A stretch of DNA of 64,000 nt from the human T2T-CHM13v2.0 reference genome, Homo sapiens. A program made the position numbers and the translations under genes. This document shows positions 40,104-53,726 of this stretch, piece by piece (positions within the stretch are counted from its first letter, which is position 1; each line of letters opens with the position of its first letter). The notes under the pieces are model-generated. The model made no database searches. It was not told where the DNA came from and saw nothing but the letters and a program-made list of their open reading frames with translations. The DNA lies in NCBI RefSeq assembly GCF_009914755.1, contig NC_060936.1. One strand, given 5' to 3'.

Positions 40104-41090
40104 TGTAGGCTCCAACCCTACAGGGTCGGTGGGTTTCTCCCCGTGTGCGGAGACGAGAGAGCGTAGAAATAAAGACACAAGACAGAGATAAAAGACAGCT
40201 GGGACTGGGGGACCACTACTACCAAGACATGGAGACCAGTAGTGGCCCCAAATGCCAGGCTGCACTGATATTTATTGGATACAAGACTCAGGCAGGACAA
40301 GGAGTGTGAGCCATCTCCAGTGATAGGTAAGGCCACGTGGATCACATGGCCACTGGACAGGGGGCCCTTCCCTGCCTGGCAGCCGAGGTAGAGAGAGAAG
40401 GAGAGAAACATCTTACATTATTATTTCTGCTTATCGGAGACTTTTAGTACTTTCACTAATTTGCTGCTGCTAACTAAACGGCAGAGCCAGGTGTACAAGA
40501 TGGAACATGAAGGCAGACTAGGAGTGTGACCACTGAAGCACAGCATCACAGGGAGACGGTTAGGCCTCCAGATAACTGCGGGCGGGCCTGACTAATGTCA
40601 GGCCCTCCACAAGAGGTGGAGGAGTAGAGTTTTCTCTAAACTCCCCTGGGGAAAGGGAGACTCCCTTTCCCGGTCCACTAAGTAGTGGGTGTTTTTCCTT
40701 GACACTAATGCTACTGCTAGACCACGGTCCGCTTGGCAGTGGGTGTCTTCCCAGACGCTGGCGTTACCGCTAGACCCAGGAGCCCTCTGGTGGCCCTGTC
40801 CGGGCATAACAGAAGGCTTGCACGCTTGTCTTCTGGTCACTTCTCACTGTGTCCTCTCAGCTCCTATCTCTGTATGGCCTGGCTTTTCCTAGGTTATGAT
40901 TATAGAGCGAGGATTATTATAATATTGGAATAAAGAGTAATTGCTACCAACTAATGATTAATGATATTCATAGATAATCATATCTAAGATCTATATCTGG
41001 TATAACTATTCTTGTTTTATATTTTATTATACTGGAACAGCTCGTGTCCTTGGTCTCTTGCCTCGGCACCTGAGTGGCTTGCCGCCCACA
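40104..41090 (-). mobile_element. LTR13 solo LTR (HERV-K13/HML-4)
   Basis: Reverse complement starts TGTGGGCGGCAAGCCAC; TG...CA ends; 987 bp; 6-bp TSD GTTGTC at 40098-103 and 41091-96. Confidence 0.9.
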
Positions 41091-41982
41091 GTTGTCACAC
41101 AGTGGCGGATTTGGGAGGCTTCCTCGTTCTGTGGCCCCCTTTCCGCACAGTAGTGGAGTGATCCTTGTCAGAAGGAGTTGGCTCAGGGCCCATCTCCGCA
41201 AACCCCCAGGACTCCCTACTGCCCACGCTCTGAGTCGCCTGGCCCTGGCTTTCAGCCCCTTGGTGCTCCCTGAGTGTGCTGGCAGCCGCGCCCCAGCCCT
41301 TCACTTAACTGCCCTCGTGAGATGTTTTCAGAGCGCACTGTTGAGAATTGCAGCCCCGCCCTGCTGTTTTCCTCCATAGCAGCCAGTACGTCTTCAGACC
41401 CACTGCACATTTTACCTGTTTGTCGTCTGATGTGAGTGCTGTGATCGCTGGGACTCTAGCGTCTGGGAGCACAGACCCATCATTTGATTGATGTTGTCGA
41501 TTAAATGAAGAGTTAATTCACCCTACTAATATTTATGGACCGCAGGCCTGCGCGGCGTGGAGCCTGGGCATTCTCGGGGGAGCGAGAGAGGCACAGTCCC
41601 GCCCTCCCTTTACCTCCCTGGAGAGGAACTCGAGGGCATCCTCACAGAAGGAACAGACAGAGATTTTCCCAAGTACAGTGCAGACACATGAGGTGGGCTG
41701 TGCGTTTGGGGGCTGCCACAAGTACGCTGGGGACGTGTTCGGAGATACTTTTCCTGGAGAGTGGGAGAGCTCGGCCTCAAGGAAGAGGACTCAGCGCCAG
41801 GCTGAGGATGAGGTCTAGGTGGCTCGATCTCCTGCAGGGCACATTGGGCACCTTGCTTTACGCCCTCATCTCTTGGGCTGGAGCTGCCCCAGCACCTGGC
41901 AGCATGGTGTTTCTAGGGTACGTGGTACTTGTCTGTCTTAAAACTTGCCTGTATGTTTTTAACCTTTGCGTCTGTCTTTCAG

Positions 41983-42061
41983 TGGAATCAACTATGACAA
42001 GCCGCTGCCTCCCATCCAGGTGGCATCTCTCCGTGCAGAGCGAATCGCAAAAGAGAAAAAG
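41983..42061 (+). CDS. EP400: EP400 exon w27 (GINYDKPLPP...KEKK)
   Basis: tttcag|T ... AAG|gtcagc; 79 nt; phase 2/0. Confidence 0.93.
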
Positions 42062-42179
42062 GTCAGCGCCCTGGGCCCTTCTGCTTGAGTGGGAAAATGT
42101 GGTGACTGTGACTTCATCCAGGGGGTATGCAGGCCGAGTCTGCCCCTCCAGTGGCTCCTCTTCCTTCCTGGCCCCTCAG

Positions 42180-42434
42180 GCTCTGGCTGATCAGCAGAAG
42201 GCACAGCAGCCGGCCGTGGCCCAGCCACCCCCGCCCCAGCCGCAGCCCCCACCACCCCCGCAGCAGCCACCGCCACCGCTGCCACAACCACAGGCAGCGG
42301 GCAGCCAGCCGCCAGCAGGGCCACCAGCTGTCCAGCCCCAACCCCAGCCACAGCCCCAGACCCAGCCACAGCCTGTGCAGGCCCCAGCGAAGGCGCAGCC
42401 CGCAATCACGACGGGGGGCAGTGCAGCCGTACTG
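42180..42434 (+). CDS. EP400: EP400 exon w28 (Pro/Gln-rich: ALADQQK...SAAVL)
   Basis: cctcag|GCT ... CTG|gtgagc; 255 nt; phase 0/0. Confidence 0.93.
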
Positions 42435-43499
42435 GTGAGCAGGGGCCTCCTCCCGGGCTTCCCCTCTACGGGAAGTCACCCACACCTGCACTTGATTCAA
42501 GTGCTTTCTGTTGAAACGAAGACTTGTTGCCAGTTCTAGCACATTTCCAGCTTGTAGACCTTCCTCTGAAGAAATGGGAAAAGGCTTAGTCTCATCCCAG
42601 AGGAATTGTGTGTTTTCACCTGGATTCTGCCATTTCTCTCCTCCAGGGCTTTTGTGGGCTTAGTGGCTTTATTGGATTTGGCAGGTAGAGGCAGCTCCTT
42701 TTAGTGGAGGTGGTTGGGAAGTTTGTAATTGCCTGGGTTTTGTAAAACATACCTGTGACGCATTCACTTCCTGACTTCCTACACACTTAGAGAGCAGGTA
42801 CTGCCTGTGTCGGTGTCTCAAAGCATGCCCATGTGTGCTCCCCCACACAGGTCAGTCTTTAATGCCTGTTGTAGAAAAGCTGTAAAGCACACAAGAAGCA
42901 TTGTGAAAAGAAAGGCAGGGTGCGGAGCTGCGGACTGTGGCCATGCACACCACGCTCTGGTGTATCTCTGTACTGTGTGCGTCCGTGTGCCACACAGACG
43001 CTGAAATCATATGCGCAGAATCACACCTGCAGAGAATAGGAGCTGTGCCAAATTGGGGAAACCCACACTTTGGACTACCAGGCAGGCATAAAAATATTTT
43101 TGTTACATAGAACCATTTCCTGCAGTAGTTTTTAGAAAATTGTTTGCTGTAGTGGAATTTTTATATGTACTCAGGCAACTTCATTCCTCATTTATTCAAA
43201 AGGGATCTTTGTGAATACTTACTTGGTGCAAGGTGGGCAAGATGGGCAGTGCCCACATTCTGGAGCCACGTCCTACAGGGGAGGGAGGCAGCCAAAGGGA
43301 TCATTTTAAATGCTGGCGGGAGGAGTCAGGGTGGCACAATGCAGGACTGGCTTGTTAGGAAACACCTTTCTGAGGACTTGGCATTTGAGCTAAGGCCTGA
43401 ATGACAAGGAGTTGGTCATAAGAAGAACAAAACAGCAAGTACAGAGGCCCTGAGCTTGGCTGATATGGGGGCCAGAAAGCTCAGTGTGGCTGGACTCAG

Positions 43500-43695
43500 G
43501 TGGTGAGGGACAGAGGGTGGATGAATGGAGTGGAGGGACGGAGGAGTGGAGGGACAGTGGGGTGAGGGTGGAGGGACAGTGGGATGGAGGGTCCCTGGGG
43601 TGGAGGGACAATGGGATAGGGGTGGAGGGACAGCAGGTAGACAGAGGGTGGGGGCACCGCCAGGTGGAATGAGCTGGGGAGGATGGGACAGGTGG
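43500..43695. repeat. G-rich low-complexity repeat within a probable L2 remnant
   Basis: Repeated gggtggagggacag-like units. Confidence 0.65.
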
Positions 43696-43810
43696 CTGTG
43701 TGAATGTCGTGGAGTTTGGATTTGATTCTGAATGAAGTGGAAGCCTTTGGAGGATTTATGCAGGGGAGAGCCTGACGTGAAATTCAAATGGATTTTTTTT
43801 TTTTAAATAG

Positions 43811-43856
43811 GCAGGAACCATTAAAACATCAGTTACTGGGACGAGCATGCCCACTG
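43811..43856 (+). CDS. EP400: EP400 exon w29 (AGTIKTSVTGTSMPT)
   Basis: aaatag|GCA ... ACTG|gtaaga; 46 nt; phase 0/1. Confidence 0.91.
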
Positions 43857-43935
43857 GTAAGACAAATACAGAGATGCTGAAATGTGGACCCCATTTCTCC
43901 TGGCGCTGTTGCCTTATGCCCGCCTGTCTCCGCAG

Positions 43936-44045
43936 GTGCCGTGAGTGGAAATGTGATCGTGAACACCATCGCAGGGGTCCCAGCTGCCACCTTCCAGTCC
44001 ATCAACAAGCGCCTGGCGTCGCCAGTGGCTCCTGGGGCCTTGACT
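43936..44045 (+). CDS. EP400: EP400 exon w30 (AVSGNVIVN...GALT)
   Basis: ccgcag|GT ... ACT|gtgagt; 110 nt; phase 1/0. Confidence 0.93.
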
Positions 44046-44257
44046 GTGAGTTGCGCTTCACCTGGGTTGTGCACCTTGACTGCATTCTGCCGAAATTATT
44101 TGCTTGTCTGTTAATTCTTCTTCTTCTTTTTAAGTATTCCATTGGTGAAAAACTGTCTAGTTTGAATTTCATAAAATAAGTAGCTGATCAGTATGTTGAT
44201 TTCAGAAACATTCAGCTGTTTAGGGGATGGTTTCCATTCTGTATGAGGGATGAAAAT

Positions 44258-44609
44258 GAGGTGGGGTATGTGTGTGTGTGTGTGGTGTAGGGGTGTGTGT
44301 GTGTGTGTGTGAGGTGTAGGGGTGTGTGTGAGGTGTAGGTGTGTGTGTGTGAGGTGTAGGGGTGTGTGTGAGGTGTAGGGGTTGTGTGTGTGAGGTGTAG
44401 GGGTGTGTGTGAGGTGTAGGGGTATGTGTGGTATAGGGGTGTGTGTGAGGTGTAGGGGTTGTGTGTGTGAGGTGTAGGGGTGTGTGTGAGGTGTAGGGGT
44501 ATGTGTGTGAGGTGTAGGGGGGCGTGTGTGAAGTGTAGGGGTGTGTGTGTGTGTGAAGTGTAGGGGTGTGTGTGTGAAGTGTAGGAGGGTATGTGTGTGT
44601 GTGTGTGTG
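44258..44609. repeat. (TG)n/GAGGTGTAGGG compound repeat
   Basis: More than a dozen units of ga(g/a)gtgtaggg plus (tg)n. Confidence 0.95.
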
Positions 44610-45179
44610 AACTGTCCCCTCCCTGTAGGATGATTTTAGATAGGAGGTAGGCGGGATGTGAGGGTCCGCTGCTGATTCTATTGCCGCAGGTGCCCCCCAT
44701 GTGCTTGTCACTGTGCCCATGTGGGGAAGCTAAGAGATGACAGCCCTCTTGGGGGCGTGGTTTTGGGGGAGGGGACACGGCATCACACGAGGGCATGGCT
44801 GGGTGTGTGCAAGGAGCAGGTGGGCATGGGAGGAGCGGGCAGTTTCTACGGAACGTGGAGACCCCAGGTGTGGGAAGCGGTAGGTGCAGCCCACCCAGGT
44901 GGAGAGGAGGCACCTAGGCAAAGGTGCAGAGCCATGTGGTGCCCTGGGACCACCTGCTTCTCTTGGGTGTTTCATCATCAGAACCAAACACAAGTGAGAA
45001 TAAGGAGCTCAGATTTGTATCTCGATTTTCCAAATAGTTCACAGACCCAGGGGCAACATACCCTGAATGAGAAGAAACGATGCTTCAAAGTCAGTGCTTT
45101 GGCAAGTAGAATGTAGTCTCTCTTGGGTTTTGAAAAGCATCTTTCCTGTGAAGATGTCGTTGCTGTAGTAGCCTAGATG

Positions 45180-46450
45180 ATGGAGCATTGGCAGGATAGA
45201 TGTGTAGATGATGGAATTGGATAGAGAGTCCAGAAATAGACCCCTCCCCAACACAACACACGCACACACACACACACACACACATTTTCAGTTGACCTCA
45301 GTAAAAGTGCCAAGGGAATTCAGTGGTGAACAGACTGTCTTGTCAGCAAACGGTGCTGTAACAGTTGGGCAGCCATGTGCAAAACAATGAGCCTTGGCCC
45401 GTAACTCACACGGAGTATGAAAGGCACTCCAGGTGGATCACAGGCCTGCATGTAAAAGCAAAAACTACACTGTAAGCCAAAACAGTAGCATTTCTAGGAG
45501 AAAATCTGTGCTACTTTGGTTTAGGCAGAGATTTCTTAGGATACCAGAAGCCTGTGAATCCTGAAGAAAAGTTAATACGTTAGGCGTCATCAAAATTAAG
45601 GACTTCTGCTCCTTGAGAAATAGTAAGAAAACGAAAAGCATAGACTGGGAGAAAATATAAAGATTCTTCAACTCAGTAGTAAGAAAACAAGCAACTGTAT
45701 AAAATGGGCAGAAGATGCAGCAGTCACTTCACCAAGAAGCTAGAAGAATAACAGATAAATACCTGAAAAGGTGTGCAACGCCATGAGTCATCAGGGGAAT
45801 GCAGATTTTTACAACCACAGTGATACACCACCATGTGCCTGGGAGAGTGGCTTCAGAAACAGAAGGCTGGCAGTCATGGAAGCAGCGAGGACCCTCTCAC
45901 AAGGTTGTGGGAATGCAGAGTCCACAGTCGCTTCCTAAAACAGTTTCTTATAAAACCAAGCCTACTCTTACCATGCAGCTTCGCAGTTCTGCTGCTAGGT
46001 ACTTCCCCAAGAGAAGTGAAAACGCCAGAACAAGAACCCTCAACACCAATGTTTATAGTGGCTTTATTCAGGATTGCTCAAAAAGAAAACAGCCTAAATG
46101 CCCTTCAGCTGGTGAATGGGCTGATAAACCATGGTACATTCATACAGCCCAGTCCTACCAAGCAATACAAAAGAATGAATGCCCGAGACATACATCTCCA
46201 TGGAGGACTCTCAGATGCATTTTGCAGCTAAGTGAACAGTTTCAGAAAGCTTCATATGCTGTATGACTCCGTTTCAATAACAGAAAACAGATGAATGATT
46301 GCCAGATGCGGGAGGGGCTCCACTACGGAGAGGAATTCGAGAACGTTGGGAGTGGTGGGGTCATGGCAGTAGCTACGTGATGATAATGTGTCCGTCAGAA
46401 TTCGTAGAACCATATATTGTACTCTGTAAATTACCCTTCAATAAATCCCT
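45180..46450 (+). mobile_element. Old L1M fragments (ORF2 end/3'UTR), including a (CA)n at ~45252-45284
   Basis: tttaggcagagatttcttag; aaaatgggcagaagat; ctggtgaatgggctgataaaccatggtacattcatac; boundaries approximate. Confidence 0.7.
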
Positions 46451-47190
46451 CTAAAACACTCTTAAGCAGTAGAATATATATACACACAGTTTTTCTAGTA
46501 TGTGACTTTAAGATTATTTCACTTTTCTTTCTGCTTTGCAGTAAACAACTTCAGGCTCTGTCACTGCAGTAGATAGCAGAAGCTGTTAGGCCTGAGGCGT
46601 TTGGAACATCCCGTATGACCAATACCACTGTTTCTATGAGGGTACCAAGCCAGAATCACTGCATTTAGCGTTTTATTTTGAAAAAGACCTGTTCTTTGTG
46701 GTATTTTAAAATGTAAAGCATTTCATTCACGACATATTTTTGAGTGGCTCTTAATGGACAAGACATTCTTCCTGGCACTGTGGGCCCAAGACACAGTGTG
46801 CTTTCATGGGGGCCTTGTAGTGCTGTGGCTGGAACATGAGAGAGGTGCAGATAGCAGTGGTGGACATGTGTGATTGTACTCGGGGGACTCAGAGAAGGCT
46901 TTCAGGAGAAAGTGATGTTGGGCTTCAGGAGGACAGGAAGTACGTCATCCACAGAACTGGCCCTTCTGAATGCAGGGCCAGTCTTGTGAGCGGAGGGTCT
47001 GAGGGGAAGGGAATGGCGTGCATGGAGAATGGCATGTTGTTCTGTTTGAATGGAACACAAAAGATATTAACAGAGAAACAGTGGTTCCCTGCCTTTAAAA
47101 AGTTTTTATTGAGTGGCTTCTGTGTGCTTGGCACTTTGTAATATTGAGGCTAGATTGTACTGGGCTTTGGATATTGGGCTAAAGATTGGA

Positions 47191-47486
47191 TTTTTTTTTT
47201 TTTTTTTTTGAGACAGAGTCTCTCCCTGTCACCCAGGCTAAAGTGCAGTGGTGCGATCTCGGCTCACTGCAACCTCCGCCTCCTGGGTTCAGGTTATTCT
47301 GCCTCAGCCTCCTGAGTAGCTGGGATTACAGGTGCCCGCCACCGTACCTGGCTAATTTTTGTATTTTTGGTAGAGACGGGGTTTCACCATCTTGGCCTGG
47401 CTGGTCTTGAACTCCTGATCTCGTGATCCACCCACCTCAGCCTCCCAAAGTGCTGGGGTTACAGGCGTGAGCCACCGCGCCCAGCC
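47191..47486 (-). mobile_element. Alu
   Basis: Poly-T and both arms. Confidence 0.95.
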
Positions 47487-47628
47487 TAGACTATGGATTT
47501 TATTCACCAGGCAGTGGGGAGCCCTTAACGGTCTTAGAGCAGAGAGAAGTTCTAGGAAAATTAACGTGCTCCTACGTATGTAGAATTGATTAGAGTAGAA
47601 GAGGCTAAGGAGAAAAACGATTTCTTCC

Positions 47629-47762
47629 TTTTTTTTTTTTTTTGCGACAGCATCTTGCTGTTGCTCTGGCTGGAGTGCAGGGGTACAATCACAGCTCACT
47701 GCAGCCTCACACTCACAGGCTGAAGCAATCCTCCCACCTCAGCTTCCTGAATAGTTGGGATG
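47629..47762 (-). mobile_element. Alu right-arm fragment (AluJ-like)
   Basis: Poly-T followed by ggctggagtgcag...cacagctcactgcagcctc. Confidence 0.85.
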
Positions 47763-48547
47763 CGAAAACTGTTTAAGGAGTCCAGAAAAGGATGACTTCT
47801 GTTTCTGGTAACAAGATGAGTTAAGTTATTTTTATACCACCTCTTAATGAAAAGAACTGAAGTTATTGGATAAAAATTTTTAAAGCTTCAAGGAATTGAC
47901 AAGAATAATTAATTATCAGGCCCAAATCTAAGGGAGGGAAGAAACTCAGAGAAAGAAATAGGATTCACTGAAGTCATGTTTGCCTTGAAAATAAATTTCA
48001 GCTTGTGGAATGAGGGAACTTGAATTCAAGTCCAAGGCTGGGCCAAGGTGGAGAATCTAAAAAGGAAACTATTGATACACCGAGGTAGGGCCCCAGGTGG
48101 CTAAACCTTTAGAGCAGGAGTGAACCAGAAGCAGAATCCATCTGCCCTTGGCCTTCAGGGGTCAAAAGAAGAGTAGCCCTTGGATTGAGTAGTGGAGCAT
48201 GGTGGGGACGGCCCCCGAGAGGTTGAAACCACAGGGTAGTTTGCAGCTCAAGTCGATATTACCTTAAAAGTGTCTCCCGCACTCCCTCACATCAAGTGAA
48301 GTCTACCTGCTTCAGTGGGCATGTTCCTGGGCAGCTGACCTGGAGCAAATGCAGATTCTCTCTGGAGGATTGTGCTTTCTTGACTTCTGAGAATCTCCAC
48401 AAATAGTTTTCTAGTATAATACAGTACAATACAATAGAATACAAAATAACTAAACAGAGAAGAGAAGGCATTATGAGTGAGAATCAGCGGAATGACAGAC
48501 ACTGGATAGGCCTGTAAAGATGTGCGATATTGGGATTATCAGGTTTA

Positions 48548-48887
<340 letters not shown>

Positions 48888-49473
48888 TTAAGGAAATAGA
48901 AGATTGAGAGTATCTGAATATCTGTAAGCAGGAAACTATGTTTAGAAAGTATATAGAGAACTTTTAGAAAAGTCTGATTACCAAAACTGGGGGAAACAAC
49001 CCAAACTTAAGAATGGGCTTAATATCACACAATTGAGGAGAAAATGAGGGAAGTGGAGGCAAAAATCAGAAGACATCCTACACACAACATGGGATGACAA
49101 GATGACACATGGAGGACATGGTGACAGGGCCTGATAGGTAGTCACTGACTATCAGACAGAAAATTGAGCAGAGTCAATATTTGAAGACAGAATAGTTTTT
49201 GAGAACTTACTAATGACACTGATGCGTATATGTAGAAAGTCTAATCCCAGTCAAGGATGAGAAAAAGGAACCACGTCTGCATAATGCTAGTGACCAAGAG
49301 GTCTTTCAAGCAGCCATAGGAAAAGACAGATTGCCTTCAGAGGTGGAGCGGCTCACTTGTCAGCAGCAGCAGTGAGGCCGGGAGCCAGCGGGGGTCGTTG
49401 TCGTGCCAGGGAAAGAAAGTTGCTGCCAGCCTAGGGCTCTGCATCTCTTGGAGATATCTTAAAGAACAAGGGA

Positions 49474-49793
<320 letters not shown>

Positions 49794-50946
49794 CAAGGGC
49801 AAAATAAAGACATTTTCAACTTTGGACCTTCACTGAATGATATGCTTTAAGCAGAAGAAAGGTGTTCCCAGCTGGAAGTGGTAACAAGGTAGACTCATGG
49901 ATGAACGCAGGAGCTCACTGGGGTTAGAAAGAGGAAATAAATACACAGGACAATAACATGCAAGCTGGGGAAGGGGCAGAGGGGCTGAAATGTGCACAGA
50001 TCTCGTTACTGTTTAGGAAAAGCATGGAGTATTTAGACTTTGGCAAGCATCCGTGGTAATTCCAGACCAGCCACCAGAAGAATGAGAGCAGAGCGAGTTG
50101 CTCCCAACTGTGGCAGGGACATTGGTGAGGAAAGAGTCATCTGAGAGGAGGCAAGGAAGGAGATGAAAAGAAACATACAGCAGCTGGGTGGAATGGAAAA
50201 CATGGAGTAACACGCTAGATTTCCATCCAAATGCGTAAGCAATGAGACATAAAAGGATCAAGAGAAACTAAAAATACACTGCACTTCGGAACCAAGGGAG
50301 CTGGCAGAGGTCAGCTGGAGGGACACTGCAGAGGTGGCATGATTGCGTTTGCCTTCCAGTTTATGGTGGGACAAGGAAGGACGGTGAGGCAAGGTGGGAT
50401 AGGGTGAGGGGACCACTCTGGCTGCCACTTCTGCCTGCGGGCCAGAGTGGACTGCAGGGCACAGTGAGGATGCTCTGAATTTTAGGCAAGATGAAGGTAA
50501 GATGCCACAAGACCCCACGCACATGGTGAGACACTCAGGGCTGTAGTTTCAGCACAGATGGGGACAGTGGTAGAGAGCCAGGACTGTGGGCTGTGTGTTT
50601 GTGGGTAGCATGGGTGCCTCAAGGACAGTCGTTACGTTCCTGGGGACCAAGAGGTCTTTGTGCGGAGAGGGAGGGACAGGACGGCCTTTCCAGCATGTGC
50701 ACGGGCGTGCCGCCATCTGAAGCGTGTTTCTGTGGGTGATGTGATCTGCTGGGAGAAACCATTGCTCAGGGCACTTGCTTGTGAATTTACACATGAAATC
50801 AGCAGTTTTCAAAAGACTGAACTCTAGCGTGTGTTTCACTTGTTTCGCCTCTGAAGTTGGGTGCTCTTGTCTTCCCTGCTCTGAGTGTGAACAGCCCTGA
50901 GTGCTGTGTGAAATATTTGATGAGGTCCTCTGTTTGCCTTTTCTAG

Positions 50947-51160
50947 ACGCCGGGAGGCTCTGCTCCCGCCCAGGTGGTGCACACCCAGCCCCCGCCACGG
51001 GCAGTCGGCTCCCCAGCCACGGCGACCCCTGACCTGGTGTCCATGGCAACGACTCAGGGTGTTCGAGCGGTCACTTCTGTGACAGCCTCGGCCGTGGTCA
51101 CTACCAACCTGACCCCAGTGCAGACCCCGGCACGGTCTTTGGTGCCCCAAGTGTCCCAAG
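50947..51160 (+). CDS. EP400: EP400 exon w31 (TPGGSAPAQ...QVSQ)
   Basis: ttctag|ACG ... CAAG|gtaaag; 214 nt; phase 0/1. Confidence 0.93.
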
Positions 51161-51302
51161 GTAAAGCCAGGCTGGGAGCTTTCTCTGCCACACGTCTGCT
51201 CTGGCGCGTGTGAGGGCTCAGCTGCTGCTTGCTGTCTGAGAATGAGGATCTGAAGGTGGGCGAGTATCCCTGTCCAGACCTAATGAGCAAACCTCTTCAT
51301 AG

Positions 51303-51370
51303 CCACAGGAGTTCAGCTCCCTGGAAAAACCATCACACCTGCACATTTCCAGCTTCTCAGGCAGCAGCAG

Positions 51371-51447
<77 letters not shown>

Positions 51448-51541
51448 ACAGACGACGACGACCTCTCAGGTGCAAGTTCCACAGATCCAGGGCCAGGCCC
51501 AGTCCCCAGCACAGATCAAAGCTGTGGGCAAGCTGACGCCG
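51303..51541 (+). CDS. EP400: EP400 exon w32 (polyQ exon)
   Basis: tcatag|CC ... CCG|gtgagc; 239 nt; phase 1/0. Confidence 0.94.
51362..51451 (+). repeat. EP400: Coding CAG/CAA repeat, 30 Gln
   Basis: (CAG)6(CAA)2(CAG)15 CAA (CAG)4 CAA CAG. Confidence 0.96.
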
Positions 51542-52070
51542 GTGAGCATTTCCCAGAGGACCATGAACGTGTGCGTCTTGCGGTCAGTCAGCCCAGCGTC
51601 TGTGAGACGGTGCCTGCTTGCATGGTGCAGTCCAGAGTGTATTTTGCAAACGTCTAGCACTGCCTTTATGTAGGACGCGTGCTTCGTTTTATTGGTCTAA
51701 AATTTCCCATGTCATAACACTTTGATCATGCCTTAGAGAAGTCTTACAGCTTATTCAGAGCACTTTGGAGACATTAACACCCAGCGTGCAAATGCGTCTT
51801 CTTGCTTAGGCGTCTTGTGCCTTGTGTTCAGCATCAGTCTCTAGGCCCGCTTGGTGTGGTTCTGGACCAGAGAAAGTGCTGGTGAGAAGATATTCCTCAG
51901 CAGTGTTGGGAGAGCAGGCGATGGACCCTGGGTTTGTTTCGATGTGGTTCACGTGCGGTACTGTTTCTCAAAGGTGGTCATTGGAGTACTGATGTACCTG
52001 ATTTTTGCTAACCTCTGTACCAGCTTTGCTGTTCTTTATGTAAATATATTCATTTTCAAAGGAAATGTTG

Positions 52071-52361
<291 letters not shown>

Positions 52362-52801
52362 TTATGTCCTACCATAAATGAAAAATCATTAATACTTGTC
52401 ATAGAAAGTAACCAGAGACACATACGGAATAAAGACAAGACAATATTTTGAAGTTTCAGCTCACTGTTGGGCCTGCCGGAGTGCTTGAGTCTGGGCCTCT
52501 CCGTGGTCTGGAAGGGAGGAAGTGGGCTGCAGGAGACGCACACTCAGCTGAGGGCCCCTCCTGGGGCTGTCGGGAGGGCTGTCGGTGGAATTTAGACATT
52601 GAGCTTATCCTGTTCCTGTCACACCAGCCATCCCTCGAGGGCTGCATGGCCATATGTGGCTGTGGCTACCACCCTGGGCAGCCCCCGCCTAGCCCACTTG
52701 TATCCTGCGGGACGTGCCACTGGACAGTGCTGAATTAGAATGCTGTGCTCAAGAGTCCCAGGCCCAGCAGAGGCAACTGTCAGGGAGTCAGAGCCGGGCT
52801 T

Positions 52802-52982
52802 TGACCCCCCCGGCCCACAGCCACACAGGTACCTTGTCACCTGCCCCGGTTCAACCACTGATGACCCCCCCCCGGCCCACAGCCACACAGGTGCCTTGTC
52901 ACCTGCCCCGGTTCAACCACTGATGACCCCCCGGCCTACAGCCACACAGGTGCCTTGTCACCTGCCCCGGTTCAACCACTGA
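52802..52982. repeat. ~60-bp tandem repeat x3
   Basis: tgaccccccggcccacagccacacaggt(a/g)ccttgtcacctgccccggttcaaccactga. Confidence 0.93.
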
Positions 52983-53507
52983 GACACCAGTGCCGTCAAC
53001 ATCAAGGCTGCCACCCAGCCTTGGCTGCCAGGAGCTCTGTGTGCCAGCTGTTTGCCTGTCTCCTTCGTTCCTCACTCTGCCCTCTCCCAAATCCATTTCA
53101 AAACCAGTTCACTTCCAGCATTTCAAAAGAGACTTGATAGTCATGATCAACTCAGTATAGGTTTTCTTAAAAAATTTTTTCTTAAAATGTTTTTTGAACT
53201 TCAAATAAGTTTGGTTGGTGCTACAGATTTAAATCGACTTGTTTGTGAGGATAATAGAATTCTTTTTGCTATGAACTTATCAGTCAGAATCCGTGTTTGT
53301 AGTTTTCACCGACGAATGCACATTTTTAATAAATGAACACCTGGAAGATACTGGGCAGCCCATGGAAGGCGGTCTGGATGCTGCACGGTAGCAGGTGTCT
53401 GCTTTGGTATTTAATGGGCAGTAGAGGGGTGGCTTAGGAACAAGATGTCTACTTAAAGAATGGAGCACAGTTAATGTTGAAGAGAAGATACTTTGCTTGT
53501 ATTTTAG

Positions 53508-53726
53508 GAACACCTCATCAAAATGCAGAAGCAGAAACTGCAGATGCCCCCGCAGCCCCCACCGCCACAGGCCCAGTCTGCGCCCCCGCAGCCAACAGCC
53601 CAAGTGCAAGTGCAGACCTCGCAGCCGCCGCAGCAGCAGAGCCCCCAGCTCACGACGGTCACGGCCCCAAGGCCTGGTGCCCTGCTGACGGGCACCACCG
53701 TGGCCAACCTCCAGGTGGCCCGGCTC
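53508..53726 (+). CDS. EP400: EP400 exon w33 (EHLIKMQKQK...VARL)
   Basis: ttttag|GAA ... CTC|gtaagt; 219 nt; phase 0/0. Confidence 0.94.

Noticed and set aside
41535-42539. 334-aa ORF as a separate gene
   Set aside because: It is the exon w28 frame extended through intron sequence and crosses exon w27 out of frame.
44212-44913. His/Thr/Pro-rich minus-strand ORFs
   Set aside because: Translation of the (CA)n-type repeat.
51218-51657. PolyLeu and polyAla ORFs
   Set aside because: Alternative frames of the CAG tract; nothing supports their expression.
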